IMG/VR virus record: IMGVR_UViG_3300046780_000733
DNA: 64,000 nt
Direction: 5' to 3' (one strand)
Source of the DNA: a virus
Both the position numbers and the translations under genes were made by a program. The number at the start of each line of letters is the position of its first letter. Within the stretch, counting starts at the first letter, position 1. The notes under the pieces are model-generated. The model saw nothing but the letters and a program-made list of their open reading frames with translations, had not been told where the DNA came from and made no database searches. This document shows, in pieces, positions 45,989-55,141 of this stretch.

Positions 45989-46327
45989 TTGACAGCCGGA
46001 ACTATTAATGCCTCCGTCACGCACACCGTGGACCAGGAAGGCAATAGGCGTTTTCACGTTGGGTTGCATCGACACGGCGTCCAGTTATCGGCGACGTTAA
46101 CCTCGGATCGCTTCGTGAAATTCATCGAGTCGCTGCACGAGCACATTCTCAGCGTGAAGCAACGCGGCCACTGGATGTTTGACTTCGTGTGGCCGTCGAA
46201 GACGGAGTTTCACATGATCACGCTGAGCGTCGATTCCGGGGAAGAACTCGTGAAGACGCTCGAAGCGGAGTGGTTTTACAGCCTGTGGACAAAGGAGGAC
46301 AATAATGTTCAAGCCGAATCCGCTTGA
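45989..46327 (+). CDS. Hypothetical protein
   Basis: TTGA coupling; GGAG SD. Confidence 0.45.
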   Translation: MTAGTINASVTHTVDQEGNRRFHVGLHRHGVQLSATLTSDRFVKFIESLHEHILSVKQRGHWMFDFVWPSKTEFHMITLSVDSGEELVKTLEAEWFYSLWTKEDNNVQAESA

Positions 46328-46496
46328 GCAAGAGAAACTCGATATAGCTTACCAGATGTACGTGGATGGCCGAGAGGTCCAGGACATCGCCCGACGGCTC
46401 GGCATCGCGGAGCCCAATGTGGCACCATACCTGAAGGAAGCTCGCCAGCGGAGACTCAGGGAGATCGCGGAGAAAGACCGCCAGGAGAACCGATGA
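46305..46496 (+). CDS. Small HTH protein (sigma region-4-like)
   Basis: YVDG..VQDIARRLGI....V..YL..AR. Confidence 0.6.
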   Translation: MFKPNPLEQEKLDIAYQMYVDGREVQDIARRLGIAEPNVAPYLKEARQRRLREIAEKDRQENR

Positions 46497-47002
46497 AACT
46501 CTCGCTGATCGTCTGCATGAGCCGCAACGGAGTCATCGGCAACAATCGCCGTCTTCCCTGGTACATTCCCAGGGACATGCAGGCGTTCCGCCGATACACA
46601 ATGGGTAAACCGATCATCATGGGTCGCAAGACCTACGACTCGCTCGGCGGTCCACTTGAAGGGCGAACCAATATCGTCATGACCCGAGGGTGTGGCTGGC
46701 TACCACCGGGCGAAATCATCGTCTCTGGCAGCGTCAACGAAGCCGTGGCGGCTGCCGAGAAGACAGGCCAGCCGGAGGCCGTGGTGATCGGTGGCGCCCA
46801 GGTCTACGCCGAGTTCATACCGTTGTGCGACACCGCTGTCGTGACTTACATCCACAATGAATTCGACGGAGACACGGTGTTTCCGTGCAACCTATTAAAG
46901 TCACCAGAGTGGAAACTGACGAGCCAAGAACTATGGACGTCTGCCCCTGACACCGCGTGGTGCATGGTGAGCCATCTTGTTCTGGAGAGGAGACGCAAGT
47001 GA
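46493..47002 (+). CDS. folA: Dihydrofolate reductase
   Basis: NGVIG..LPW.IP.D...F, IMGRKTYDSL..PL.GR.NIV, VIGGAQVY, GDTVFP. Confidence 0.95.
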   Translation: MKLSLIVCMSRNGVIGNNRRLPWYIPRDMQAFRRYTMGKPIIMGRKTYDSLGGPLEGRTNIVMTRGCGWLPPGEIIVSGSVNEAVAAAEKTGQPEAVVIGGAQVYAEFIPLCDTAVVTYIHNEFDGDTVFPCNLLKSPEWKLTSQELWTSAPDTAWCMVSHLVLERRRK

Positions 47003-47358
47003 AAGAGGATGTCTACTTGACGTGGCGTAAACTCAAGGACGCAATCGCAGTGATGCCACGGGATCGTCTAGACGATCCCGTGCAGATCCTGCCATCGTCC
47101 ATCGAGGACCCAGTTCCTCTGCACGGCGTTTACGGCATCGGCACGGTTGAGTATTACTGCGACTGTGGGTCGGAAACCGAGTCTTCTCAAACCAGAGGGG
47201 TTATCGACAACAAGAACCACCCAGAGCATTACGTTTTGATCTCAGACGAAAACCCTCACGATGAGCACGGAAACACGTTTTTCACCATGACGGAAGACGG
47301 ATGGATTGGCGACAAGACAGGCAAAAACCACGACTGTTGCAAAGGGAGACGAAGTTGA
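46999..47358 (+). CDS. Hypothetical protein
   Basis: GAGGAG SD; GTGA coupling. Confidence 0.55.
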   Translation: MKEDVYLTWRKLKDAIAVMPRDRLDDPVQILPSSIEDPVPLHGVYGIGTVEYYCDCGSETESSQTRGVIDNKNHPEHYVLISDENPHDEHGNTFFTMTEDGWIGDKTGKNHDCCKGRRS

Positions 47359-47522
47359 CCAGACGAATCCTATATGCATGGTTCGTGTTCGCGACCTGCG
47401 TGGTACTGGCTGGATGCAACTATAACTCGCCTGAAGAAGAGGAACAGATCCGTGTCTACCGAGACTGGCATCCAGACCACCACCGTTGCTGGCTCTGCGG
47501 CGCAACCGCGAAACAGGAGTAG
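47355..47522 (+). CDS. Small lipoprotein
   Basis: MTRR + hydrophobic stretch + LAGC lipobox. Confidence 0.55.
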   Translation: MTRRILYAWFVFATCVVLAGCNYNSPEEEEQIRVYRDWHPDHHRCWLCGATAKQE

Positions 47523-47627
47523 ACCAATATGAAATTCAACAGAATGGATGTATTGGTTGGCGTCACCTGCGCAATCGTTGGCCTCGCGATCGTCGCCACC
47601 AACACAGAGAGTTTGACGCTATAAACC

Positions 47628-48581
47628 TCACATCTCCTTGACACGCAGAAACATCTCCCGCCACTCACGCACTCCCTTTCCATGCTGCCACGAATTGTCG
47701 TCGGCGATGGCCATCTGGGCCGACGGCAACTCTTCGTTCTTGATAACGTGCTCCAGATTCCACACGTTGAACTCATCTCCGGGATAGACAGCGGCCCCTG
47801 GAAAACAGAAGTAGGGGCCGAAGTCCGTGGCCATGAACCTGGCCCCGTACCGCGCCGACTCCCAGGCCTTGATCGGCGACTTGGACAGATTGAACCTCGT
47901 GGGTTCCAGCGGCCCGAGACACACGATCGGCTTGAGCATGCGAGCCACACGGCCAGCATCGCGCCGATTCACCCAGGGGATGTGGACGCCGTGCCTGTCT
48001 AGCCACGTGGGCTCGATCCCGAAGAACACCCAGTCGTAGTCACGCTTGGTCTGGTCATACATGGTGCGAAGCAGGTCAACGTCCCGGTCGTGGCTCCGCG
48101 ACGCCGCGTACAGGATCACGCGGCTATCCTTGTTCTCGCCGCTGAACGGCTCATCGTTCAGATCGATCAGGTTGGGGACCACGATGGTCTTATCGGGGCG
48201 GTTGACCACGCGGATCAACTCGGGCACCGACACTGTGATCAGATCAGCCAAGTCTAGGCACCACTGGATCGTCGAGATGTGCTCGAATCCAGCGGATCGG
48301 TTCTCCGGCTTGTACTTGCCGATGTCTAGCACGTCGTCGTCGAGGTCCCAGATGATCTTGACGCCGTCCTTCTTCATGCGGCCGATCGCGGGAAGCGACG
48401 ACGGGTTGACCCATCGCTGGAAGAAGCAGGCACTGTAGCGACGATCCGAACGCAGGTGGTTCCTGAGATCAAACGTGACGCCGTTCTTGGCCATCTCGCC
48501 AGCCAGGTGACGCACAGGCAGGACATGGCGGTAGTAGGTTGATCCTTCGTCGTCGCCGCGGTACACCCAGAACCTGAGCAT
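47628..48581 (-). CDS. Glycosyltransferase (GT-B/GT4-like), paralog of 51470-52414
   Basis: YYR..LP, WDLDDD, ADLITVS..L, PNLIDL, SH..DV, PL....FN.SKSPIK.WE. Confidence 0.8.
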   Translation of the reverse strand: MLRFWVYRGDDEGSTYYRHVLPVRHLAGEMAKNGVTFDLRNHLRSDRRYSACFFQRWVNPSSLPAIGRMKKDGVKIIWDLDDDVLDIGKYKPENRSAGFEHISTIQWCLDLADLITVSVPELIRVVNRPDKTIVVPNLIDLNDEPFSGENKDSRVILYAASRSHDRDVDLLRTMYDQTKRDYDWVFFGIEPTWLDRHGVHIPWVNRRDAGRVARMLKPIVCLGPLEPTRFNLSKSPIKAWESARYGARFMATDFGPYFCFPGAAVYPGDEFNVWNLEHVIKNEELPSAQMAIADDNSWQHGKGVREWREMFLRVKEM

Positions 48582-48591
48582 ATGAACTCCT

Positions 48592-48634
48592 AAAAAGAAA
48601 ACCGGCACCGCCCGACGAATCGAGACAGTGCCGG
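48592..48634 (-). terminator. Rho-independent terminator just after the tRNA-like RNA
   Basis: CCGGCACTGTC/GGCGGTGCCGG stem followed by TTTTCTTTTT. Confidence 0.85.
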
Positions 48635-48641
48635 GTAGCGA

Positions 48642-48867
48642 TGGTGGCTGGTCGGTCCTGCCCCGACCACGCACAGGATAGGCGTGTGCCGACGCCTCGT
48701 TTTACTTACTCCGCTCTCGAAGGAACAGCTACCCCGTTGGTATTGTCCGAAATACTCGGACACCTAACCGCGGCAGATCCGACTCCGACACTGTTTGCCG
48801 AATCACGGATACCGGCCGGGATCTCCTGTGCTCGATTCGCATGTCATCTAGCCACGCCGCAGCCACC
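48642..48867 (-). ncRNA. 226-nt tRNA-like RNA with 145-nt structured insertion in the anticodon arm
   Basis: GGTGGCTG/CAGCCACC-A acceptor, GCGTG/CATGC D-like stem, GCACAGGA/TCCTGTGC stem, GTCGG-GGCAGGA-CCGAC T-like arm. Confidence 0.6.
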
Positions 48868-48886
48868 GTGTTCTATGACCCAGATG

Positions 48887-49045
48887 TTACTTCTTCTTGG
48901 CCTTGGGCGGATTGCCCTCGCCGCTCCCGCCCTTGGTCTTTCCCGAGAGGTTGCCCGAGCCGGGAGGACCCATCTTGTTGCCCCCGCCCTTCTTGGCACC
49001 CTTCTCGCCGCCCATCCCCTTCTTGCCGCCTTTGCCTTTGGCCAC
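48887..49045 (-). CDS. 52-aa Lys/Gly-rich basic peptide (absent from ORF track)
   Basis: GGGAGG SD + GTG; MAKGKGGKKGMGGEKGAKKGGGNKMGPPGSGNLSGKTKGGSGEGNPPKAKKK. Confidence 0.7.
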   Translation of the reverse strand: MAKGKGGKKGMGGEKGAKKGGGNKMGPPGSGNLSGKTKGGSGEGNPPKAKKK

Positions 49046-49120
49046 CGTATGCCTCCCTTGGTTGATGACTGGATCAAAACCCGATGCAACGCCTTTGTTG
49101 TTAGATCGGAATCGGAAGCG

Positions 49121-49345
49121 TTACCGGATGTTTGCCATCCAACCAACAAGCATCCCAGAAAGTATCCCAATAAACAGCACGAGTAGGATCACGCCGGCAA
49201 ACGCCCAAGGTATCCACGTCGGGGCCAGCACGATCCACCACGACCAATCGATGTGATCGGTCAACTTGAGGCCGACAAACAGGATCGTCAAGAGGTTGAG
49301 GAAACCCATCCCACAACTGCACGAACACGACGACTCAGAACTCAC
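49121..49345 (-). CDS. Small membrane protein (LKL...IDWSWW.VLAP.W phage family)
   Basis: LLTILFVGLKLTDHIDWSWWIVLAPTW; AAGGAG SD. Confidence 0.75.
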   Translation of the reverse strand: MSSESSCSCSCGMGFLNLLTILFVGLKLTDHIDWSWWIVLAPTWIPWAFAGVILLVLFIGILSGMLVGWMANIR

Positions 49346-49514
49346 GACGAACTCCTTGCATTGGTAAAATGCCGCCAGCGATCGGTGGTTGTTGGCATTC
49401 GATGCACACGGTAGCCAACTTTCTCGATCCAGTGGGGCCACACCCTTGCCGCTCGGTCGCCCCATAGCAGGGACCACTACCCCCTGCTCTCTCCGGCTGC
49501 TTTGAACCGCCGCA

Positions 49515-50294
49515 TCACGTGGCGGCGATGGCTCTTGTTGACAGTTTTGTGATCCCAGGCACAGGCTTTCCAGTAGCCATGACCGGTCTCCGCAGGTAGT
49601 TCGAGATCACCACCTCGGACCACTTCTCCCACTGATCCACCGGAGGGATGTTCGGGGCCGGGTAGTCCTCGATGTCCACGAACGCGTTGAGCAACTCGGG
49701 ACGATACTTGGCGATGATCTCTCGGTGCGTCCACCACCCCTGGAGATCGATCGAGGATTCGTCGAATATTTCCCCGATCAGCTCCGGTGGAACCGCCACC
49801 GTCCACGCGATCCCGAAATGCACGGACTCGACCCCGGCCCACGAGGAGTCGAAGATGAACCCGATCGGCTTGAGGTCGATGGGTTCGCCGTCGTCGAGTT
49901 TGAGTTCCTCGCGAATCTCTCGCTGCATCCCCCACTGGAGAGTCCGCATCTGCCAGCCGTCGCCGTCCATGGCATCCACGGGTTCGTAGTGGCCGCCGAC
50001 TCCCAGACTGAGTCGCCCGTGCAGCCGCTCCTCAGTGCCCTTTCCGGGGCGGCGGTACACGAGGATCTTCGCCGGTGGCCCGTTGTTGACCGCGGTCCAC
50101 ACCACCCCGTACGAACACAACTGCAACTGGCTCTGGTCGGCTTCTAGTTCCGCCGTGCGAGGACGGGCTTCGGCCGCGCACATGAGCCAGTTCACCCAAT
50201 CTGTTTCCATGTCTCGCCAGCCCGTCCATGGGCCAAGACCCTCAATTAGCTTTCTAGGCACGCAGAGGATTTGCTCGGAACCGTCAAGAGGCAT
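49515..50294 (-). CDS. NUDIX-like phosphoesterase (COG4112/YmaB-type)
   Basis: Q...Y, LVYRR....EERLHG..SLGVGGH, REIREEL, IGFI.D, VHFG. Confidence 0.8.
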   Translation of the reverse strand: MPLDGSEQILCVPRKLIEGLGPWTGWRDMETDWVNWLMCAAEARPRTAELEADQSQLQLCSYGVVWTAVNNGPPAKILVYRRPGKGTEERLHGRLSLGVGGHYEPVDAMDGDGWQMRTLQWGMQREIREELKLDDGEPIDLKPIGFIFDSSWAGVESVHFGIAWTVAVPPELIGEIFDESSIDLQGWWTHREIIAKYRPELLNAFVDIEDYPAPNIPPVDQWEKWSEVVISNYLRRPVMATGKPVPGITKLSTRAIAAT

Positions 50295-50517
50295 GATGGT
50301 ATATTTCTCCAAAGCGTTGATCCCACGGCTCTCCGGAGAACTCCACGAAGATCTTTCTCCCCGGCGGCATGTAGCCTTTATCCACGAGCCACGCAGCGAC
50401 ATCCGCATCGACCACCGTTTGCGAGCGGACAGACTTGAACTTCTTGGTCGCCAACAAAGCGAGCATCGAAGCCGCGATCTTGCCGATGAATCCTCGGCGA
50501 GTTATATCAAGAGGCAT
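50284..50517 (-). CDS. Small twin-arginine (Tat) signal protein
   Basis: ITRRGFIG + hydrophobic stretch; TAATG coupling. Confidence 0.55.
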   Translation of the reverse strand: MPLDITRRGFIGKIAASMLALLATKKFKSVRSQTVVDADVAAWLVDKGYMPPGRKIFVEFSGEPWDQRFGEIYHHAS

Positions 50518-50804
50518 TACCTGTCCTCCGCAACGAAAGTCGGCAGGCGACGCTCTACGCGGAATCCGTTTCGGCTCGCCCACAGCGCCACCGGAACCTG
50601 CGAGCGCCCGCTCAGGCACGAGAGCCATACGCATCCAAAAAGAAATGCCGACAAGCGTTCACGCCAACTCATCTTCCAGCACGACACGCACTGCTCGCCA
50701 TCACTCCACACGTGAAGCATTTCCACAATGCCGACGGCACGCGAATACTTCTCGTTGCTCTGGTGGAGCTTCATGTTGTACTCGGGAAACTTAACCGGAA
50801 TCAT
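50517..50804 (-). CDS. Conserved phage hypothetical protein
   Basis: M.PV.FPE.N, SCWK.SWRERL..L.FG.VWL..LSG..Q.PV. Confidence 0.7.
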   Translation of the reverse strand: MIPVKFPEYNMKLHQSNEKYSRAVGIVEMLHVWSDGEQCVSCWKMSWRERLSAFLFGCVWLSCLSGRSQVPVALWASRNGFRVERRLPTFVAEDR

Positions 50805-50856
50805 TTGATTCTCCTCTCACAGATAGAATCGCCTGCGTTTGGGAGAAACCGGAAGA

Positions 50857-51399
50857 CTATTTGGAATTTTTTCCGGATTTCAGTTCGGGCAGGTGGCCGA
50901 AGAACCGCCGAGCCATCGGGTCGCAATCCGACCCAGCGTCGTCCGGACGGCTCTCGCCGGCCAGGACGGACGACGCGCTTTCCTTCTCGTTCTCTTCCTG
51001 AACTAATTCGGTCGCAGAAGATTGCGCCCCTATGCCTGCGCCCTTGCGCGCACAAACCTTCGCCCGAAGCGCATTTATTTGCGCCCCCTCTCGACGCAAC
51101 GCGTCTCGCGTCCCAGGATGCCCCAGGAGCACGATTCGACGCTGGACGACCATGGATTCGTCCTCGACGCAGCGGATGGCGCCAGCGTCCTCCAGGGCTC
51201 TCAGGATCAACTGTACGGCTCTCGGCTTGAGACCTATGATTCCAGCGATCTTGCGGTTGCTGGGCCAGCATTCGGCCTTGCCACCAGCGGTGTCCAGGAG
51301 CACGCGCAGCACGAGCTGGCGAGAGCGGGTGTGGCGCGCCACCATCGCCCGCTCCCACTTGTACCGGTCTTTGCCGTGGAGCCTGATCGGTTCGTCCAT
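50857..51399 (-). CDS. wHTH protein, replication-initiator N-terminal (HTH_36) type
   Basis: CWPSNRKIA..IGL..RAVQ..LRALEDAG.I. Confidence 0.7.
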   Translation of the reverse strand: MDEPIRLHGKDRYKWERAMVARHTRSRQLVLRVLLDTAGGKAECWPSNRKIAGIIGLKPRAVQLILRALEDAGAIRCVEDESMVVQRRIVLLGHPGTRDALRREGAQINALRAKVCARKGAGIGAQSSATELVQEENEKESASSVLAGESRPDDAGSDCDPMARRFFGHLPELKSGKNSK

Positions 51400-51469
51400 G
51401 ACCGGATGTTACAGTATCGCGACATCCTGATCAAGCACTGTCTCCCGAATCGGGGATGATCAGTGTACA

Positions 51470-52414
51470 CTACTGAACAGCGGACGAAGCATGCAGGAAC
51501 GAAGTTAGCCAAAGATGGCGTCCACTCGCGCGCTGCCAGGAATTTGCGACGGATTCGCGAACACACTCTTCGCGGTTCGGCTCATCGAGGACGCGTTCCA
51601 AATGGTCCATGGTGAACGGCTCGTGTTCGGCGACGATCGCCGATGGATGGCCGCGGTAAGGACCGGTGTCAGAGGCGATCACCGAAGCACCATACGTCGC
51701 CGACTCCCATACTTTGATCGGGCTCTTGGACGCGTTGAACTCGCTCGGCAGCAGAGGGGCCAAGCACACGCGTGGGCGGAAAAGCCGGCACGTCGCCGGG
51801 TAGTCGTGGACCGTGCCCCACGGGATGAAGATGGAGCGACTGTCCATCCAGGGCGGACGGATGCCATGGAAGACCCAGCGGAATCTCCGGCTCGTCGCTT
51901 GGTAGATCCACCTGATCAACTCGACGTCCTTGATGTGCGACGGCGTGCCCGAGAAGAGGATCACGTCTCGCGGATGCGGGTCGTCAACGACTGGGTAATC
52001 GTCGAGGTCGATGAGGTTTGGGCACACCATGGTCTTCTCGGGATGCCCGCAGGCCCGCATGAGATGAGGGGTCGATGCCGTGATCATGTCGGCTCGGGAC
52101 AGGCACGACCTGACAGTGGATAGGTATTCCTCGCGGTGCCACGAACCCGTCGATTCCAACCTGAGCAGGTCGTCGTCCATGTCCCAGCCCAGGAACGGAA
52201 CCCTATCTCCGCTGAGCAACATCGGGAACAATCCCTTGGGGCGATGGTCGCGGTTGCAGAAGATGCCGTCGAAGGAGTCCCGGTCGTCGATCTGTCCGAG
52301 TCGAACCTGGACCCCGTGGTCCAGCAATTCCTTGGTCAGATGCCGAACGGGCAGGATTCGTCGCCAGTACGTGGGTCCTATGTCCTCGGTGCGAACCAAC
52401 AGCAGGTTGATCAC
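51470..52414 (-). CDS. Glycosyltransferase (GT-B/GT4-like)
   Basis: YWRR.LP, WDMDDD, ADMITAST..L, PNLIDL, SH..DV, APL....FN.SKSPIK.WE. Confidence 0.8.
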   Translation of the reverse strand: MINLLLVRTEDIGPTYWRRILPVRHLTKELLDHGVQVRLGQIDDRDSFDGIFCNRDHRPKGLFPMLLSGDRVPFLGWDMDDDLLRLESTGSWHREEYLSTVRSCLSRADMITASTPHLMRACGHPEKTMVCPNLIDLDDYPVVDDPHPRDVILFSGTPSHIKDVELIRWIYQATSRRFRWVFHGIRPPWMDSRSIFIPWGTVHDYPATCRLFRPRVCLAPLLPSEFNASKSPIKVWESATYGASVIASDTGPYRGHPSAIVAEHEPFTMDHLERVLDEPNREECVRESVANSWQRASGRHLWLTSFLHASSAVQ

Positions 52415-53046
52415 TTGACAACCTTGAGCGCGAACGCGTGAGAGTTTCCTACCTTGTCATCGGTTTCAAGCACGGCAACGATGTCAAGCCCGATTCCAAG
52501 CTCAACGAGCATCCCGACCATCGTCAGGTAGAGATCGACATCCCAGCAGTAATAATGGCCACCGCGGCACTCGCAGCCGTTCTCGATCGGATGGGTGTCT
52601 AGCGTGTATCCCATCCAAAAAGCTATGCATATTTCTGTGATCAGGCTTACTTCGCGGCTGCGGTCGCCGGGATGGGCATCGCGTTTCGGGATGTTCGAAA
52701 AGATGATTCCCCCATGGGCGACAACGCGGTGCCACTCGATCAACGCGCTCATGGGGTCAGGCAAATGCTCAAACACATGAGAATTTATTATCCAATTAAA
52801 TGACGAATCCGCAAAAGGAAGACGATCGCCCTGGGCCATCACGTCCACAGCGAGCGCTCGTCCGCAGAGGTGAATCTCCTCTCGCTTGTACACGGTGTCC
52901 ATGTCGTCGGTGCAATCGACGTTGATCGTGTTCGGGATTCCCCAGGAATTATGGGCGCTGCCGCCCAATTCAAGGCCTGGCCCCGGCTGCAATGGATCGA
53001 TGAGCCTATGGGCCAGTGCGGATTCAGGGAAGTACGGGTAACGCAT
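52411..53046 (-). CDS. Class I SAM methyltransferase (Methyltransf_11-like)
   Basis: GLELGG, LPFADSSF..I..SHVFEHL, W.RV...GG. Confidence 0.85.
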   Translation of the reverse strand: MRYPYFPESALAHRLIDPLQPGPGLELGGSAHNSWGIPNTINVDCTDDMDTVYKREEIHLCGRALAVDVMAQGDRLPFADSSFNWIINSHVFEHLPDPMSALIEWHRVVAHGGIIFSNIPKRDAHPGDRSREVSLITEICIAFWMGYTLDTHPIENGCECRGGHYYCWDVDLYLTMVGMLVELGIGLDIVAVLETDDKVGNSHAFALKVVK

Positions 53047-53050
53047 GGGA

Positions 53051-53449
53051 TCAGATATTCTGGGGATAGGCGTCGGACTCGTACGTCATGCCAGTAACGT
53101 GGCCTCTCCCCTGCTGGTTGACCTGGACCGTATCGGTGCCGGCCCACTTGAATGGCTTCGGGCCAGCGGGCGTCTGCACGATGATACGAAGGATGCAACT
53201 GGCGCCAGCAGGACCCGATGTCACCACTCCGTCCACCTGGGGGATCATCGTGGCTGGTGGATCGGGTAGGCCGGCGAAGGTACTCCAGTGGATCTGCGCG
53301 GGTGGATCTTGGCTGAAGTCGTACAAGATCGCCCTGGCGGTGTAATCGACGCTGATGATCGTAACCTTGCAGGGTATCCACACATCAGGGTTATTCCAGT
53401 TGGCGGGCGGTGGGGTCGGCGTGGCGACAAAAGGAATCGCGTTGATCAT
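53051..53449 (-). CDS. Hypothetical beta-rich protein
   Basis: GGAGG SD; operon position. Confidence 0.55.
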   Translation of the reverse strand: MINAIPFVATPTPPPANWNNPDVWIPCKVTIISVDYTARAILYDFSQDPPAQIHWSTFAGLPDPPATMIPQVDGVVTSGPAGASCILRIIVQTPAGPKPFKWAGTDTVQVNQQGRGHVTGMTYESDAYPQNI

Positions 53450-53461
53450 CGGTGCCTCCGG

Positions 53462-54142
53462 TTAATATTTATAGATGAACGCGATGTTCTTCGAGACGTG
53501 GACGGACTTGACCATGCCTCCCAAGAACATCACAGACGGCGAATCATGGATCGCGTCGATCAACCCAGTGATCAGATTGATAGACGTTTGTTTATTCATG
53601 GCGAGCGCGTGGCCCCCGTAGGCGGGAACGTACGCGGTCCACAGATCCTCAACAACGTAGATTCCTCCCGGGGCGAGCAACGGGAATAGCGTCTCGAAGC
53701 TCACCAGGATGTCCAACTGCACGTGAGATCCATCATCGATGACGATATCGAACGGGCCGCAGCCGTTGTCGATGTCGGCGAGGCACTCGTGGTCGCTCTG
53801 GCTACCCTTGATCGTGGTGATCCTGTCGTCGTCGAGGTGGCTCTTGTCGTGGATGTCGAGGCCGAAGATCTGGCCACTCCTGAAGTAGTCACGCCACACC
53901 TTGATCGAGTCGCCGCCGCGCCAGTCGCTCTCGTAGCCGCCGATCCCGATCTCCAGCAGCCTGAGTGGCTTGTCTCGGAGCGGTGCGAAGTGACGCTCAT
54001 ACTCGTGCTCGAAATGGTGCACGTAGAACTTGTCGGTGCCGTAGTGGGCCATGAGCAGCCCAAGGTCGTGCGGGCCAGGTCCGTCGAGCTTCGGTCGCAC
54101 CTCGGCCAGCATCGACTTGTACTGTTTCTGTTCCGGGGTCAT
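53462..54142 (-). CDS. Sugar O-methyltransferase-like (MycE/TylE-type) class I methyltransferase
   Basis: GTDK...H, LLEIGIGGY, GGDS..VW..YF, FDIVIDDGSH, GGIYVVED..TAY. Confidence 0.85.
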   Translation of the reverse strand: MTPEQKQYKSMLAEVRPKLDGPGPHDLGLLMAHYGTDKFYVHHFEHEYERHFAPLRDKPLRLLEIGIGGYESDWRGGDSIKVWRDYFRSGQIFGLDIHDKSHLDDDRITTIKGSQSDHECLADIDNGCGPFDIVIDDGSHVQLDILVSFETLFPLLAPGGIYVVEDLWTAYVPAYGGHALAMNKQTSINLITGLIDAIHDSPSVMFLGGMVKSVHVSKNIAFIYKY

Positions 54143-54414
54143 CGAATCTCCTCAGCCGCATCCGCAGGTTCGTAAGTGGCCTGGAAAATTTCATCCTTGA
54201 TTGGATACTTTTCGCCTTTGATTCCGGTGATCACCCAGTCGCCAGGAGACACTGCCATCACGCCTTCGAGGGTCTTGATGGACGCGAAATGACCTCCGGG
54301 GTGAAGCCCGGCGAAATCGGGCATCATAAACCCGTATTCAAGCCCATCGATTTTCTTGCCGGCGAACCATTGCTCGGCCTCAATGACGACCGGCTTCTTT
54401 CTAAATTTCGCCAC
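54139..54414 (-). CDS. Conserved phage protein (KKPV.IEA.Q / TLEG / PGDW family)
   Basis: KFRKKPVVIEAEQW, IKTLEG.M..SPGDWVITG.KGE.YP.K..IF..TYE. Confidence 0.85.
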   Translation of the reverse strand: MAKFRKKPVVIEAEQWFAGKKIDGLEYGFMMPDFAGLHPGGHFASIKTLEGVMAVSPGDWVITGIKGEKYPIKDEIFQATYEPADAAEEIR

Positions 54415-54504
54415 CGCCTGCTCCTTTCAAAGATAGAAACCACTTCTCTCGCGCATCATAGCGAACAACCTAGGCGAGACACCAAATCGACTCTGCCGGG
54501 GCAA

Positions 54505-54539
54505 CAAAAAACCCGCGCCCGATTTGCCGGGCGAGGGTC
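54505..54539 (-). terminator. Rho-independent terminator closing module copy 2
   Basis: ACCCTCGCCCG/CGGGCGCGGGT followed by a T run. Confidence 0.8.
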
Positions 54540-54573
54540 TACGCTGATTCGAGTCACATGGACTTATGGGACG

Positions 54574-55098
54574 TCAGTTGACCTGGATATACTGCTCGAC
54601 CATGGCCAGGTAGTAAGGCGTACGCCCACCGTCGCCGTCACCGCGCGTGAACCGAGGATCGTGAACAGCGATACCCACTTTGTAACGGCCTGGCATCATG
54701 CTTTCTGTCCAGGAGAAGTCTTGAGACCAATATCCCTTGCCGGGAACGTCAACCACGGTCCCAATCTTCTCCATATCCACGAACTTGTTGCCGTACGCGT
54801 CGGCAACAGTCAAAGAGATATCCGCCTGCACTGCCTCAATGGAACCAATCTCGTTGGGGACGCCCACATGGAACGAGCCGCGAATAGATAACTCGGAGGG
54901 CCGTCCATAGTTCGACGGGTCGAGGGTGGCAGCGGAGTGCCAGCCGACGGTGGACAAGAGGAGTTGATCCGCACGCTTGCCGGCAACGGATTTCTTCGCC
55001 CTCCGGTTTTTTGCGTATTGGGCGGCATGAGAACCGATGGCGGCGCCCACGATTGCACCAGCCAGAATCACGATTGCGCATTTGTGGTAAGTCTTGAT
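54574..55098 (-). CDS. Exported partner protein, module copy 2 (apparent ATC start)
   Basis: Paralog of 175-687; AGGAG SD 8 nt before ATC AAG ACT; signal-like N-terminus. Confidence 0.75.
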   Translation of the reverse strand: MKTYHKCAIVILAGAIVGAAIGSHAAQYAKNRRAKKSVAGKRADQLLLSTVGWHSAATLDPSNYGRPSELSIRGSFHVGVPNEIGSIEAVQADISLTVADAYGNKFVDMEKIGTVVDVPGKGYWSQDFSWTESMMPGRYKVGIAVHDPRFTRGDGDGGRTPYYLAMVEQYIQVN

Positions 55099-55141
55099 TG
55101 AACTGACTCCTAAAGGAAGGATTCTCCAGAAACGGGAACAC

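Noticed and set aside
48642-48867. Canonical tmRNA or intron-containing tRNA
   Set aside because: No G3-U70 pair, non-canonical T loop, no clear tag ORF, and the insert is too short for a group I intron; kept only as tRNA-like
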